Part shown: piece by piece, positions 23,291 to 30,742 of the stretch
How positions within the stretch are numbered: the stretch's first letter is position 1
Layout of the letters: each line of letters opens with the position of its first letter
DNA from: a virus
Virus record (IMG/VR): IMGVR_UViG_3300025732_000004
Length of the DNA: 46,576 bases
Direction: 5' to 3' (one strand)
The notes under the pieces: model-generated
The model's input: only the letters and a program-made list of their open reading frames with translations
Databases searched by the model: none
What the model was told of the DNA's origin: nothing
Made by a program: the position numbers and the translations under genes

Positions 23291-24405
23291 TGACAACCCG
23301 CCAGCCTCAGACCAAATCATCCATCTCTCAGTACCTCAACGAGATTGGGGCGCATCCGCTGATGTCACCCAGTGAGGAGATTGAGTGCGGCAGAGCCGTG
23401 AAGCGCATGACAGAGCTGAAACAGGAGGCGCAAGAACGCACCCTCACCAGCAAAGAGCGCCACGCCATCCGCCGCGGCGAACGCGCCAAGAAGCGTTTCA
23501 TCGAAGCCAACCTGCGGCTGGTGGTGCATTGCGCCAAGAAGTACGCCCGCAACTCGCTCCAGTTCACCGAGCTGGGCGACCTCATCCAAGAGGGCTCAAT
23601 CGGCTTGGTGCGGGCGGTGGAGCTGTTTGACCCCGAACGCGGCTACAAGTTCTCCACCTACGCCTACTGGTGGATCCGCCAGGCGATGACCCGCTCTATC
23701 GCTGTCACGGAGTGGGCCATCAAACGCCCATCCACCGTGGGAGAGCTGGCGATGCGGCTGCCCAAGCTGGTGCATACGCTCTCGCACGAGCTGGGGCGGA
23801 CGCCGACCTCCGCTGAGATCGCCAAGGCGGCCAAGGTTTCACTGAGCGAGCTGAACCTGATGTACGAACGGGGGCGGGGGCTGGTGTCCCTTGACGCCTC
23901 CGTCTTGGATCGCGAAGACGGCAGCGGCCTTATCGAGATCATCGCGGACCCCGCCTCCTTCAACAGCGAAGACAACGACGCCGCTCTGGATCTGGAGCTG
24001 AACGAGGCGCGGCTCATTCCCGTCATCGATCAGCTCACCGACGTGGAGCGCCGCATCGTTGAGCTGCGCTATGGGCTCAACGGCAATCAGCCGCAGGCGC
24101 TCAACGCCATCGGCAGGGAGATCGGCGTGTCACGGGAGCGCATCCGGCAGGTGCTGGAGCGGTCCATTCGCCGGATGCGCTTCCTGCTCAATCAGCCTGT
24201 GCTGCCCGGTAACCGTACAGACGAAGCACCAGCCGTAGAAGCCACGGAACACGCGCCGGAACGCAGTAATCAGGCGCTATGGGGGCATCTTGTGCTGGAG
24301 GGGTTGCCGCTTGCGACTCGTAAAGCACAGTGGCAATCTCCAGCTCCGCAATACGGTGCGTGGCCTTCTTCACAATGCTCTGATACAGCATCAGTTGCTG
24401 CGTGA
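23290..24405 (+). CDS. Sigma-70 family sigma factor with regions 1.2, 2, 3 and 4
   Basis: YLNEIGAHPLMSPSEE (region 1.2), FIEANLRLVVHCAKKY...DLIQEGSIGLVRAVELFDPERGYKFSTYAYWWIRQA (region 2), LTDVERRIVELRYGL...IGREIGVSRERIRQVLERSIRRMR (region 4). About 70 codons follow region 4.2. Confidence 0.9.
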   Translation: MTTRQPQTKSSISQYLNEIGAHPLMSPSEEIECGRAVKRMTELKQEAQERTLTSKERHAIRRGERAKKRFIEANLRLVVHCAKKYARNSLQFTELGDLIQEGSIGLVRAVELFDPERGYKFSTYAYWWIRQAMTRSIAVTEWAIKRPSTVGELAMRLPKLVHTLSHELGRTPTSAEIAKAAKVSLSELNLMYERGRGLVSLDASVLDREDGSGLIEIIADPASFNSEDNDAALDLELNEARLIPVIDQLTDVERRIVELRYGLNGNQPQALNAIGREIGVSRERIRQVLERSIRRMRFLLNQPVLPGNRTDEAPAVEATEHAPERSNQALWGHLVLEGLPLATRKAQWQSPAPQYGAWPSSQCSDTASVAA

Positions 24406-24535
24406 GGCTGCACGCAAGCTCCCCTATTTCTTCAGGTTTCTCGCGACTGTTGGCGCGGATAAGTCGCCGCGAATACTCCAGCTGTAACTCCGCGTTAACG
24501 CTGAGTTCTGGCACCATCCACTCGCCGAAACTCAT
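24188..24535 (-). CDS. NblA-like (phycobilisome degradation) domain protein, 115 aa
   Basis: The N-terminal 60 aa (MSFGEWMVPELSVNAELQLEYSRRLIRANSREKPEEIGELACSLTQQLMLYQSIVKK) align by eye with NblA as I recall it (LSVEQQFDLQKYRQQVRDISREDLEDLF...Q.M). The first ATG is at 24535; the track start 24550 is TTG. Confidence 0.4.
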   Translation of the reverse strand: MSFGEWMVPELSVNAELQLEYSRRLIRANSREKPEEIGELACSLTQQLMLYQSIVKKATHRIAELEIATVLYESQAATPPAQDAPIAPDYCVPARVPWLLRLVLRLYGYRAAQAD

Positions 24536-24575
24536 CGTGTCACAAAGCAACCTAGGGCTAACGCAAGGTTGCCCC

Positions 24576-24737
24576 GTGCCGGCTCCAACGATTGAACGCC
24601 TGGAGACACCTGACGGCTACATCTGGCGCGTCACTTACGCCGGCATGACGCGCTACCACCGTCAGGACTGGCAAGCGTGGTGGCTGTTTGAGCTGGCGCG
24701 GGCTGCCTATTACGCCGGTGGCGGCTCGTGGTCTTAG
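24576..24737 (+). CDS. Possible small ORF (53 aa, VPAPTIERLETPDGYIWRVTYAGMTRYHRQDWQAWW...)
   Basis: GTG start, with G/C-rich third codon positions by my tally. Confidence 0.3.
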   Translation: MPAPTIERLETPDGYIWRVTYAGMTRYHRQDWQAWWLFELARAAYYAGGGSWS

Positions 24738-24907
24738 GCGGCTTCGGGGCCTGGGCCGCACTCGCGCTCCAACCACTCCCGCGCATACGCCTCGGAATAC
24801 GACATCAATGTGATGCCGTTGGCCGCGGCGATCCAGACCACCGCGCCGGTCTCCACTCGATCCATGCGGAACAAGCCGGGGGCGACTTCAACAGCAGAGG
24901 GGCGCAT
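24734..24907 (-). CDS. Small ORF (57 aa) translationally coupled to the endolysin stop (TGATG)
   Basis: My translation is MRPSAVEVAPGLFRMDRVETGAVVWIAAANGITLMSYSEAYAREWLERECGPGPEAA. Third codon positions are mostly G/C. Not in the track. Confidence 0.35.
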   Translation of the reverse strand: MRPSAVEVAPGLFRMDRVETGAVVWIAAANGITLMSYSEAYAREWLERECGPGPEAA

Positions 24908-26082
24908 CAGCCGTTCGCGAGGATTGCCCAGCCGGTGCCAGGCCCTTCCACCATCCAGCGGGGGCCCAGGTTCGCCTTGGAATACGCCAGGCCGGCGCCC
25001 TTGGCGTTGAGATAGCCGCCGCGCACCAGATCCATCTCGCCGTAGGGGTCGTTCACCAGCACGTGCGAGGAGGTCACGCCGATGCTCAGGAGCCAGTGGC
25101 CGCCGCCCTGAGGCTTGGCGCTGGGGCCGTGGTGGAGGACGCCGATCGGCACCGGAATGCCGCGGCCGATGCTGCGCTCAATGTCCTCCCAGCCGCAGTT
25201 CTCTCGGTACTTGGCGCTGATGCCGTAACTCGCCAGCGCCTTGAGCTGAGCGTCGGCGCTGGTGGTGTCGCCATAGCTCAAGACGCGCTTGAGGTAGTCG
25301 TCATCGGCGTTGGCGCCGCTCAGTGCGCTCGGCTTCAGGTAGGCCACCAACATGGCGCAGGTGCTGCTGAAGCACATGCGCGGCCCCTGCCCCGGCACTT
25401 GGCTGTCGCGCTGGGAGTAGTACGGCACCCGCAGCGGATTGCTCACCGTCTGTTGCTGGAGCGGGGTGCTCACGTTGGCGGTGAACAGTGCCACCTCCGC
25501 TGCACGGCGGCGCTCCAACCCGACGCTCACCGCTTCACCGGCGTAAACCCACTTCGGTAGCTCCTCGGCCACCACCTTCGCCGGATCCTCCCCCGCCAAT
25601 AGCCGCTTGCGCAGCGTGGACTCCTCCAAGGCGCCAGCGCCCAGATTGAAGGTGAACGACAGCAGCGCCGCGATGCGGTTGGGGCTCCACTTCTGCGCTA
25701 TTGGCAGCAGGCGGAACACCGCCGGCGCATAGGTCTCCAGCACCTGCTGGCGCAGGAGCTTCTCGGCGGCTTCCTTGGTGCAGGTGTCACCGAGCTGCAC
25801 GGCTCTGCCGCTGATGCTGGTGGCGCCATAGCCGATGGTGGGTACACCCGCGCTGCAGCGGTATGCCTCCAGCCGCAAGCCCTCCCACTGGCGCAGGAAC
25901 GTCAGCGTCGGTGCCAACCACGCCGGATCAAGTGGCTCCTTGGCAGCAGGGGCGGAGCGGTATAGCTCCTCAAACTCCTTCAGCGCCTCGGGGGGCACCT
26001 GTTCCTGTAGGGCGTTCCACGCCGCGATCTGGTGCGGTAGCTCTCGGTAGAACCGCGCTGCGTCGGTGAGGCGGATCGTCAC
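24907..26082 (-). CDS. Two-domain endolysin: GH24 lysozyme plus a C39-like cysteine peptidase domain
   Basis: WEGLRLEAYRCSAGVPTIGYG (T4-lysozyme-type E...T motif region), then PYYSQRDSQ...RMCFSSTCAML ... GGGHWLLSIG (Cys/His peptidase_C39_2-like). Confidence 0.8.
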   Translation of the reverse strand: MTIRLTDAARFYRELPHQIAAWNALQEQVPPEALKEFEELYRSAPAAKEPLDPAWLAPTLTFLRQWEGLRLEAYRCSAGVPTIGYGATSISGRAVQLGDTCTKEAAEKLLRQQVLETYAPAVFRLLPIAQKWSPNRIAALLSFTFNLGAGALEESTLRKRLLAGEDPAKVVAEELPKWVYAGEAVSVGLERRRAAEVALFTANVSTPLQQQTVSNPLRVPYYSQRDSQVPGQGPRMCFSSTCAMLVAYLKPSALSGANADDDYLKRVLSYGDTTSADAQLKALASYGISAKYRENCGWEDIERSIGRGIPVPIGVLHHGPSAKPQGGGHWLLSIGVTSSHVLVNDPYGEMDLVRGGYLNAKGAGLAYSKANLGPRWMVEGPGTGWAILANG

Positions 26083-26321
26083 TGGCGCGACTCCAGCACA
26101 GCCACCCGCTGCTCCAGCGTGTTTAGCCGGGGATACAGCTCCTGGCGGTCGGCCTTGATCTCAGCGCGGAGGAGGCTCACCTCACCGGCGATGTGCTCGA
26201 CGGCAGCGGTGAGCCGCACCACCGACTTTGCGGACTCTTCATCACGACGCACAAAGCTGCCGAGACCACCTGCGCCCACAGCCACAGCGGCTCCAACCAA
26301 CGCTGCCCAGATTTCAATCAC
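26079..26321 (-). CDS. Membrane-anchored coiled-coil lysis-cassette protein (spanin- or antiholin-like), about 80 aa
   Basis: A GTG at 26321 overlaps the holin stop (GTGA). A TM segment IWAALVGAAVAVGAGGLG is followed by a heptad-like region. Its stop overlaps the endolysin ATG (ATGA). Confidence 0.5.
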   Translation of the reverse strand: MIEIWAALVGAAVAVGAGGLGSFVRRDEESAKSVVRLTAAVEHIAGEVSLLRAEIKADRQELYPRLNTLEQRVAVLESRQ

Positions 26322-26497
26322 CGGCGGCGGCCCTTCTTTTTGTCGTTGCTGGCCTCCTGGGCAGCAGCGGCAATGCCTTTCAGCGCTGCCAGCACCAGCT
26401 GCACCCAACCGTTGGCCCGGACGCTGGGGATGTAGCTCAACAGCTCAGAGCCGGCCAACAGCGCAATGGCTAGGCCGGCGACTTCCTCAGGCGTCAT
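26318..26497 (-). CDS. Holin candidate (59 aa)
   Basis: My translation is MTPEEVAGLAIALLAGSELLSYIPSVRANGWVQLVLAALKGIAAAAQEASNDKKKGRRR, with two hydrophobic helices and a basic C-terminus. It lies first in the lysis cassette. Not in the track (<60 aa). Confidence 0.55.
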   Translation of the reverse strand: MTPEEVAGLAIALLAGSELLSYIPSVRANGWVQLVLAALKGIAAAAQEASNDKKKGRRR

Positions 26498-26515
26498 GGG
26501 GCGCTGGTGTCTATG

Positions 26516-26528
26516 CCAAGGTTTCCCC
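26516..26528 (-). promoter_or_regulatory. Leader motif copy GGGGAAACCTTGG, 18 nt upstream of the holin ATG
   Basis: Read on the minus strand, in the fibre-holin gap. Confidence 0.45.
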
Positions 26529-26557
26529 GCGCCCTAGTTGCTCCCCTCTACCGCGGC

Positions 26558-29440
26558 TTAGAAGACCAGCACGTTGCGGCGCCTCACATTGGTCGTTTTG
26601 CTCAGCGCTGCGGCGTAACCCGTCAGAACATAGGTGCCGGTTGCGGCGAGTAGCTCGTCGGTATCTGACAGGTTGGCGTTGTTGCCGGTGAGCACAAAGC
26701 TGCCGAACGTCGCAGAAAGCAGGCGGCTGGTGCGGAGAGTGGCTGCATTGCCGCCAACCGTGAAAACGCCTGCGGTGGCAGTGAGCTGAACGGCTCTGAA
26801 CGCTGACAGCGTGGCGGCGTTTCCGGTGAGGCTGAACGCTCCAGCGGTTACCGGCAAAGTGCGGCTCTGGGCCAGGCTGGCATCGTTGCCAGACAGCGCG
26901 AAGCTGCCGTTACCTGCTTCAACGCCGAACGCGCCCTGTTCCGTAAGGACAGCCGGGAAGCCGGTGAGCGCGAAGGCGCCGCTATCAGGGGCTACAGCCC
27001 AGGTACGGCGGAACGCTGCCCCGTTGGAGGCCAAACCAAATGCGCCCGCCGCAGCTCCGAGCTGACGGGCGTGCGTCTGCACCGCCGGCTGGCCTGTCAG
27101 TGCAAATGCACCGACATCCGCCAGAAGCTGCTTGGCCGACAGCTTGGTCAGCGTCGCGGCATTGCCAGCAACACTGAAGTTGCCTGCGGCGCAGCTGAGC
27201 TGGTATCCCTGCGTCAGCCCCGCTGGTTGTCCGGTGAGCGTGAAGGCGCCGACAATCGCGTCGATCTCGTAGGCGCCCAGCTCGGTGAGGCCGGCCGGGT
27301 TGCCGGTGAGGGTGAACGCGCCAGTGCCGCCTTGGATTGCCCACGTCCGGCGGAAGGTGGCGGGTTGGCCGGTTTCGGTGAAAGTGCCCGAGCCGCCGCT
27401 CAGGTACCAGCCGCGCAGCAGGGCAGGGGCGCCACCGCTTAGTGCGAAGCTGCTGGTGTTGGCCTCGATGCGCGGGTTGTGGCGGAGCGTGGCCGGTTGG
27501 CCGGTGGTGGTGAAGGTGCCAGCGGTGGCGCTAAGCACATACCCCTTCCGCACGGTGGCAGGGTTGCCAGTAAGCGTGAACGCACCGGTTTCGGCAGTGA
27601 TGCGATCGGTGTCCGCCAACGTGGCGGGGTTGCCGGTGAAGCTGAACGCCCCACGCTCACCCGTCAATTTGACGGCGACCGTTAGCGATGGGGCACCGCC
27701 TGCAAGCGCAAATGCACCAGTGTTTGCTGCTATTGCACGCCCCTTGGCCAGCGTTGCAGGATGGCCAGTGGCGGTAAAGGTGCCAACACCCCCGTCAAGT
27801 CGGAAGTTTTGTCGAGTGCTGGCTGGTTGGCCGGTAAGCGTAAACGCACCAATGCCGCCATCAATTTTTGGGTTGTGGCGTGTTGTGGCTTGGTTGCCTG
27901 TAAGGGTGAAGCTGCCGGTGTCGGCGGTCAGTACCTTTGCTGCCGCCTTGGTCAGCGTGGCGGGGTTGCCGGTGAAGCTGAACGCACCAGTGCCACCCTC
28001 GATGCGGACGTTGTGGCGGGTGTCGGCGGGTTGGCCGGTTAATGCAAAAGCTGCTGTTTCTGCGGATAGTGTGGCTGGCTGAAACTCGGTAAGCGTTGCA
28101 GGCTGTCCGGTTAAAGAGAAACTGCCTACCTGCCCAGTGAGACTCCAGCCAATAAGTAGGTCCGTTGAACGGACCAGGCCACGCACCGCAGCGTCATAGT
28201 CATAAGTAGGGTCATAATCGCTATATGGACCTTCCTCAAATTGCCATCCCCAGACATATACGCCGGCGTCGCTAACGCCTGTATAGCTAGTAGAGGCACC
28301 TGAAACCAAGCCCGAAAATAATGCAACAGTCCCGGCGCTGTCAGTGCCTGTATAAATCGCGGTGCTATAAGCCCTGTACCAGCCGTTGCCTACGCTGGTG
28401 ATGCCGCTAGCTATAACATTAGAACCCGTTCGAGTGATTGTGCCGGATGCAGGATCTACGCGGACGCCTACACTGCTCCATCCGCTTACAAGACTTAGCA
28501 GTTCAAATTGACGCGACGCTGCGCCAGCATAGTCTTTGATATAGCCAGATAGTGTGTAGGTCTTGCCCGAGCGAAGAAATGATCTGGCATTGAAACCATG
28601 GATACTTAACGCAGTTGTTTCTAAAAGAAGTGCGCCGGTGTTAGTTCCATCAGGTGCAGTTGTTGAAGCTCCTGTGAGTGTTGCGTTACTAACTGAGTAG
28701 TACGGCGCGGGCTGTTTAGAGAAGTCGTCGCTATATGGAACGATGTTCCGCTCAGGTAGGCGGAAGTCGCCGCGATCTGCAGGGAGATTGAACTGTGCAA
28801 GCTCGCGGACCGCCACGTGGACGGCGGCGCGGTCGTCGCTGGCGGTCGTAAAACCAACTAAGCGGGCACCTTGGCCGGCGGTGGTCTCGCGGACCATCGC
28901 GGCTGTGTAGTTGCCGAAATCAATACTGGTGAGCGATGTGCTGTTCGCGCCAGTCGTCGGGGGTGCGTTAAGACCTGAGTAGGCGGCTGCATAGCGCAGG
29001 CTGTTTGTGCCAGGAGTGCCGTCATCGACACTCTGCTGGGCCATCGTGCCATCGCCTGCCAGCAGCACGATGCCGGTGACGTTGGTGTTGGTTAGCGCCG
29101 TGACCGTGGCCGCCGACGCGTACATGATCGCGGCGTTGCTGGTCCGGTTGACCGTGATCGTCTGGTTGCCGCTGGGTAGCCCGGATCCGGCAAAGAACAG
29201 ATCCGTCCGGCCAGCTTCACCGGCGCCATCGATTGCGGCGCCGCCTTCAACTCGCGTCAGTGTGACGCTGCCGTAGGTGACGATACCAACCGGATCAAGA
29301 GTGCTGTTGGCGACATGCACAAAAACGAGCACACCCTGAGGCGTGCCCGTCTGTGTATGCGTCCAGCTGAACGCCGTCTGGTTGGTTGAGCCTGTCGTCC
29401 CTGTATGGGACTCCGAGGCAGAGCTATGGGCAACAGCCAT
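26558..29440 (-). CDS. Tail fibre with three parts: N-terminal domain, central jelly-roll-like receptor-binding-type domain, and a C-terminal array of about 23 repeats of about 22 aa
   Basis: 960 aa. The repeats follow G(A/S/T)F(T/S/A)LTG(Q/N)PA(T)L + 8-10 aa. The central segment ...APDGTNTGALLLE...YTLSGYIKD...NGWYRAY...VYVWGWQFEEGPY resembles fibre tip domains. A good SD (ggagg) precedes the ATG. Confidence 0.8.
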   Translation of the reverse strand: MAVAHSSASESHTGTTGSTNQTAFSWTHTQTGTPQGVLVFVHVANSTLDPVGIVTYGSVTLTRVEGGAAIDGAGEAGRTDLFFAGSGLPSGNQTITVNRTSNAAIMYASAATVTALTNTNVTGIVLLAGDGTMAQQSVDDGTPGTNSLRYAAAYSGLNAPPTTGANSTSLTSIDFGNYTAAMVRETTAGQGARLVGFTTASDDRAAVHVAVRELAQFNLPADRGDFRLPERNIVPYSDDFSKQPAPYYSVSNATLTGASTTAPDGTNTGALLLETTALSIHGFNARSFLRSGKTYTLSGYIKDYAGAASRQFELLSLVSGWSSVGVRVDPASGTITRTGSNVIASGITSVGNGWYRAYSTAIYTGTDSAGTVALFSGLVSGASTSYTGVSDAGVYVWGWQFEEGPYSDYDPTYDYDAAVRGLVRSTDLLIGWSLTGQVGSFSLTGQPATLTEFQPATLSAETAAFALTGQPADTRHNVRIEGGTGAFSFTGNPATLTKAAAKVLTADTGSFTLTGNQATTRHNPKIDGGIGAFTLTGQPASTRQNFRLDGGVGTFTATGHPATLAKGRAIAANTGAFALAGGAPSLTVAVKLTGERGAFSFTGNPATLADTDRITAETGAFTLTGNPATVRKGYVLSATAGTFTTTGQPATLRHNPRIEANTSSFALSGGAPALLRGWYLSGGSGTFTETGQPATFRRTWAIQGGTGAFTLTGNPAGLTELGAYEIDAIVGAFTLTGQPAGLTQGYQLSCAAGNFSVAGNAATLTKLSAKQLLADVGAFALTGQPAVQTHARQLGAAAGAFGLASNGAAFRRTWAVAPDSGAFALTGFPAVLTEQGAFGVEAGNGSFALSGNDASLAQSRTLPVTAGAFSLTGNAATLSAFRAVQLTATAGVFTVGGNAATLRTSRLLSATFGSFVLTGNNANLSDTDELLAATGTYVLTGYAAALSKTTNVRRRNVLVF
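26561..28108 (-). repeat. Coding tandem repeat region, about 63-66 nt period and about 23 units
   Basis: Counted from the protein sequence of ORF 26558..29440. Confidence 0.8.
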
Positions 29441-29462
29441 GGTCCTGCCTCCGTCTCAGTTA

Positions 29463-29882
29463 TCAGGCCAATGTCAGGATGCCAGCAGCGTCCCAGGTGA
29501 TCGTGAAGGTTTCGCCGTTCAGCAGGTCAACGGCCGCACCGTAGTCGTACCAGCCGATCAGTTCGTCGTTGGTGGCAGTGTCGTTGTAAAGCACGACGTA
29601 GCGGAACGTCGGCACCGTGCCGGTGGCAGTCAGCACCAGATCGTTGGCGTCCAGCTTGTAGGTGCCGCTGGTCTGAGCGGAAGTTACGCCGGCTAGGTTG
29701 CGGCCGGTGGTCGTGCCGTTCTGGATGTTGGTATAGCTGATCTGGGTAATGTTGCTCAGCTGCGTGTTGGTCGCCAGCGGAGCGCTGTTGGTCAAGGCCA
29801 CCGTGAGGGTGTCGCTGCCGAGGTTGTGGGTCTTCTCGGCCAGTGCCTCAACGAAGGACTGGAACTTGTTGAAGGTGGCCAT
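29463..29882 (-). CDS. Small tail-module protein (139 aa), paralog of 34367..34798
   Basis: The C-terminal halves align: YNDTATNDELIGWYDYGAAVDLLNGETFTITWDAAGILTLA against FNDTNANDPPLAFIDFGGSQTAGDGTQFKIVWNASGIFTFTVA. Confidence 0.65.
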   Translation of the reverse strand: MATFNKFQSFVEALAEKTHNLGSDTLTVALTNSAPLATNTQLSNITQISYTNIQNGTTTGRNLAGVTSAQTSGTYKLDANDLVLTATGTVPTFRYVVLYNDTATNDELIGWYDYGAAVDLLNGETFTITWDAAGILTLA

Positions 29883-29903
29883 TTAGCGGCGACGGGGCAG
29901 GTG

Positions 29904-29915
29904 CCCTAAGTTGCC
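29904..29915 (-). promoter_or_regulatory. Leader motif copy GGCAACTTAGGG, 21 nt upstream of ATG 29882
   Basis: Read on the minus strand. Confidence 0.4.
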
Positions 29916-29920
29916 CGCGC

Positions 29921-30376
29921 TCAAAAGCCGACCGAGACGTTGAACTCAGCCACCGTGCCGGTCACCGCCAGGATCTTGACCCATACATAGGCGCCGGATG
30001 GCACTGGCTGATTCTGAAGCGTGGCGCTGTCGCCGGTGGTGGTGTTCGTCACCGTGTCCGTCGTCGCCAGCGTGCCAGCCGTCGTGCGGTCCGCGCCATA
30101 ACGCAGCTCATACTCCACACTGCCGCTGCTCACCAGTGCCGTAACGCTGGTGATGGTGGTTTCTGCCACGGTGCGGAAGAACGTGAAGCTGTCGCCCACC
30201 TGAGGGCCAGCAATCGTGATGCTGCGCGGCAGCGACGGGGCTGCCGGACCCTGCGGGCCGGGGGTAGCGACCTCAAGCGTTACGGGGGCAGCCGGTGCCG
30301 TTAGCTCAATGACCTGCTCCGATACCTGCTGCACCAGCACATGGCCGGTGCTCACCAGCTCAACGCTGTTGCTCAT
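29921..30376 (-). CDS. Small tail-module protein (151 aa) with a short PGPQGPA collagen-like element
   Basis: ORF with Thr/Val/Ser-rich, beta-type composition. Confidence 0.6.
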   Translation of the reverse strand: MSNSVELVSTGHVLVQQVSEQVIELTAPAAPVTLEVATPGPQGPAAPSLPRSITIAGPQVGDSFTFFRTVAETTITSVTALVSSGSVEYELRYGADRTTAGTLATTDTVTNTTTGDSATLQNQPVPSGAYVWVKILAVTGTVAEFNVSVGF

Positions 30377-30720
30377 GGCGTCGTAAAGCCCTCACTCGGG
30401 CGCACCAGTCCCTCCAAGTAATACTCGCGGAGACCGCTCGGGTTCACCAGCATCACGTCGTAGTGCGCGTAGCCGCCCAGCGGCAACGTGGCGGTGATGG
30501 CATAGGGCAGCTTCAGCTGCACCGCGCCGGTGGCAGCGCTCGTGACCGTCACCACAAAGTCGCCGTACTTGTTCGCGCGGTCCTTGTCCCAGCAGCTGGC
30601 GTACACGCTCCAGCCGGTGAGGTTGATGCCGGTGCCGGTGGAGTCCTTGAACTGGAGCGTCAGCACGTAGTCCGCCCGGCGCTGGGGGCGGATGTTGTAC
30701 GTGGCGGGCGAGACGGGCAT
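30373..30720 (-). CDS. Small Ig-like/beta-sandwich tail-module protein (115 aa)
   Basis: The pattern ...DSTGTGINLTGWSVYA...ATGAVQLKLPYAITATLPLGGYAHYDVML resembles BppU-type Ig-like domains (from memory). Confidence 0.5.
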   Translation of the reverse strand: MPVSPATYNIRPQRRADYVLTLQFKDSTGTGINLTGWSVYASCWDKDRANKYGDFVVTVTSAATGAVQLKLPYAITATLPLGGYAHYDVMLVNPSGLREYYLEGLVRPSEGFTTP

Positions 30721-30722
30721 AG

Positions 30723-30733
30723 CCGAGATTGCC
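30723..30733 (-). promoter_or_regulatory. Leader motif copy GGCAATCTCGG, 2 nt upstream of ATG 30720
   Basis: Read on the minus strand. Confidence 0.45.
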
Positions 30734-30742
30734 TGCAGCGCC

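Noticed and set aside
27285-28082. A 265-aa plus-strand ORF with its own internal repeats (VAGWPV..., VNAP...)
   Set aside because: Its periodicity simply mirrors the fibre repeats on the other strand. The minus-strand frame is the one with a start, an SD and a continuous 960-aa product.
26561-28108. Regularly spaced repeats of about 63 nt, which could be mistaken for a CRISPR array
   Set aside because: The repeats are imperfect, have no unique spacers, and lie inside one continuous coding frame. No cas genes are present.
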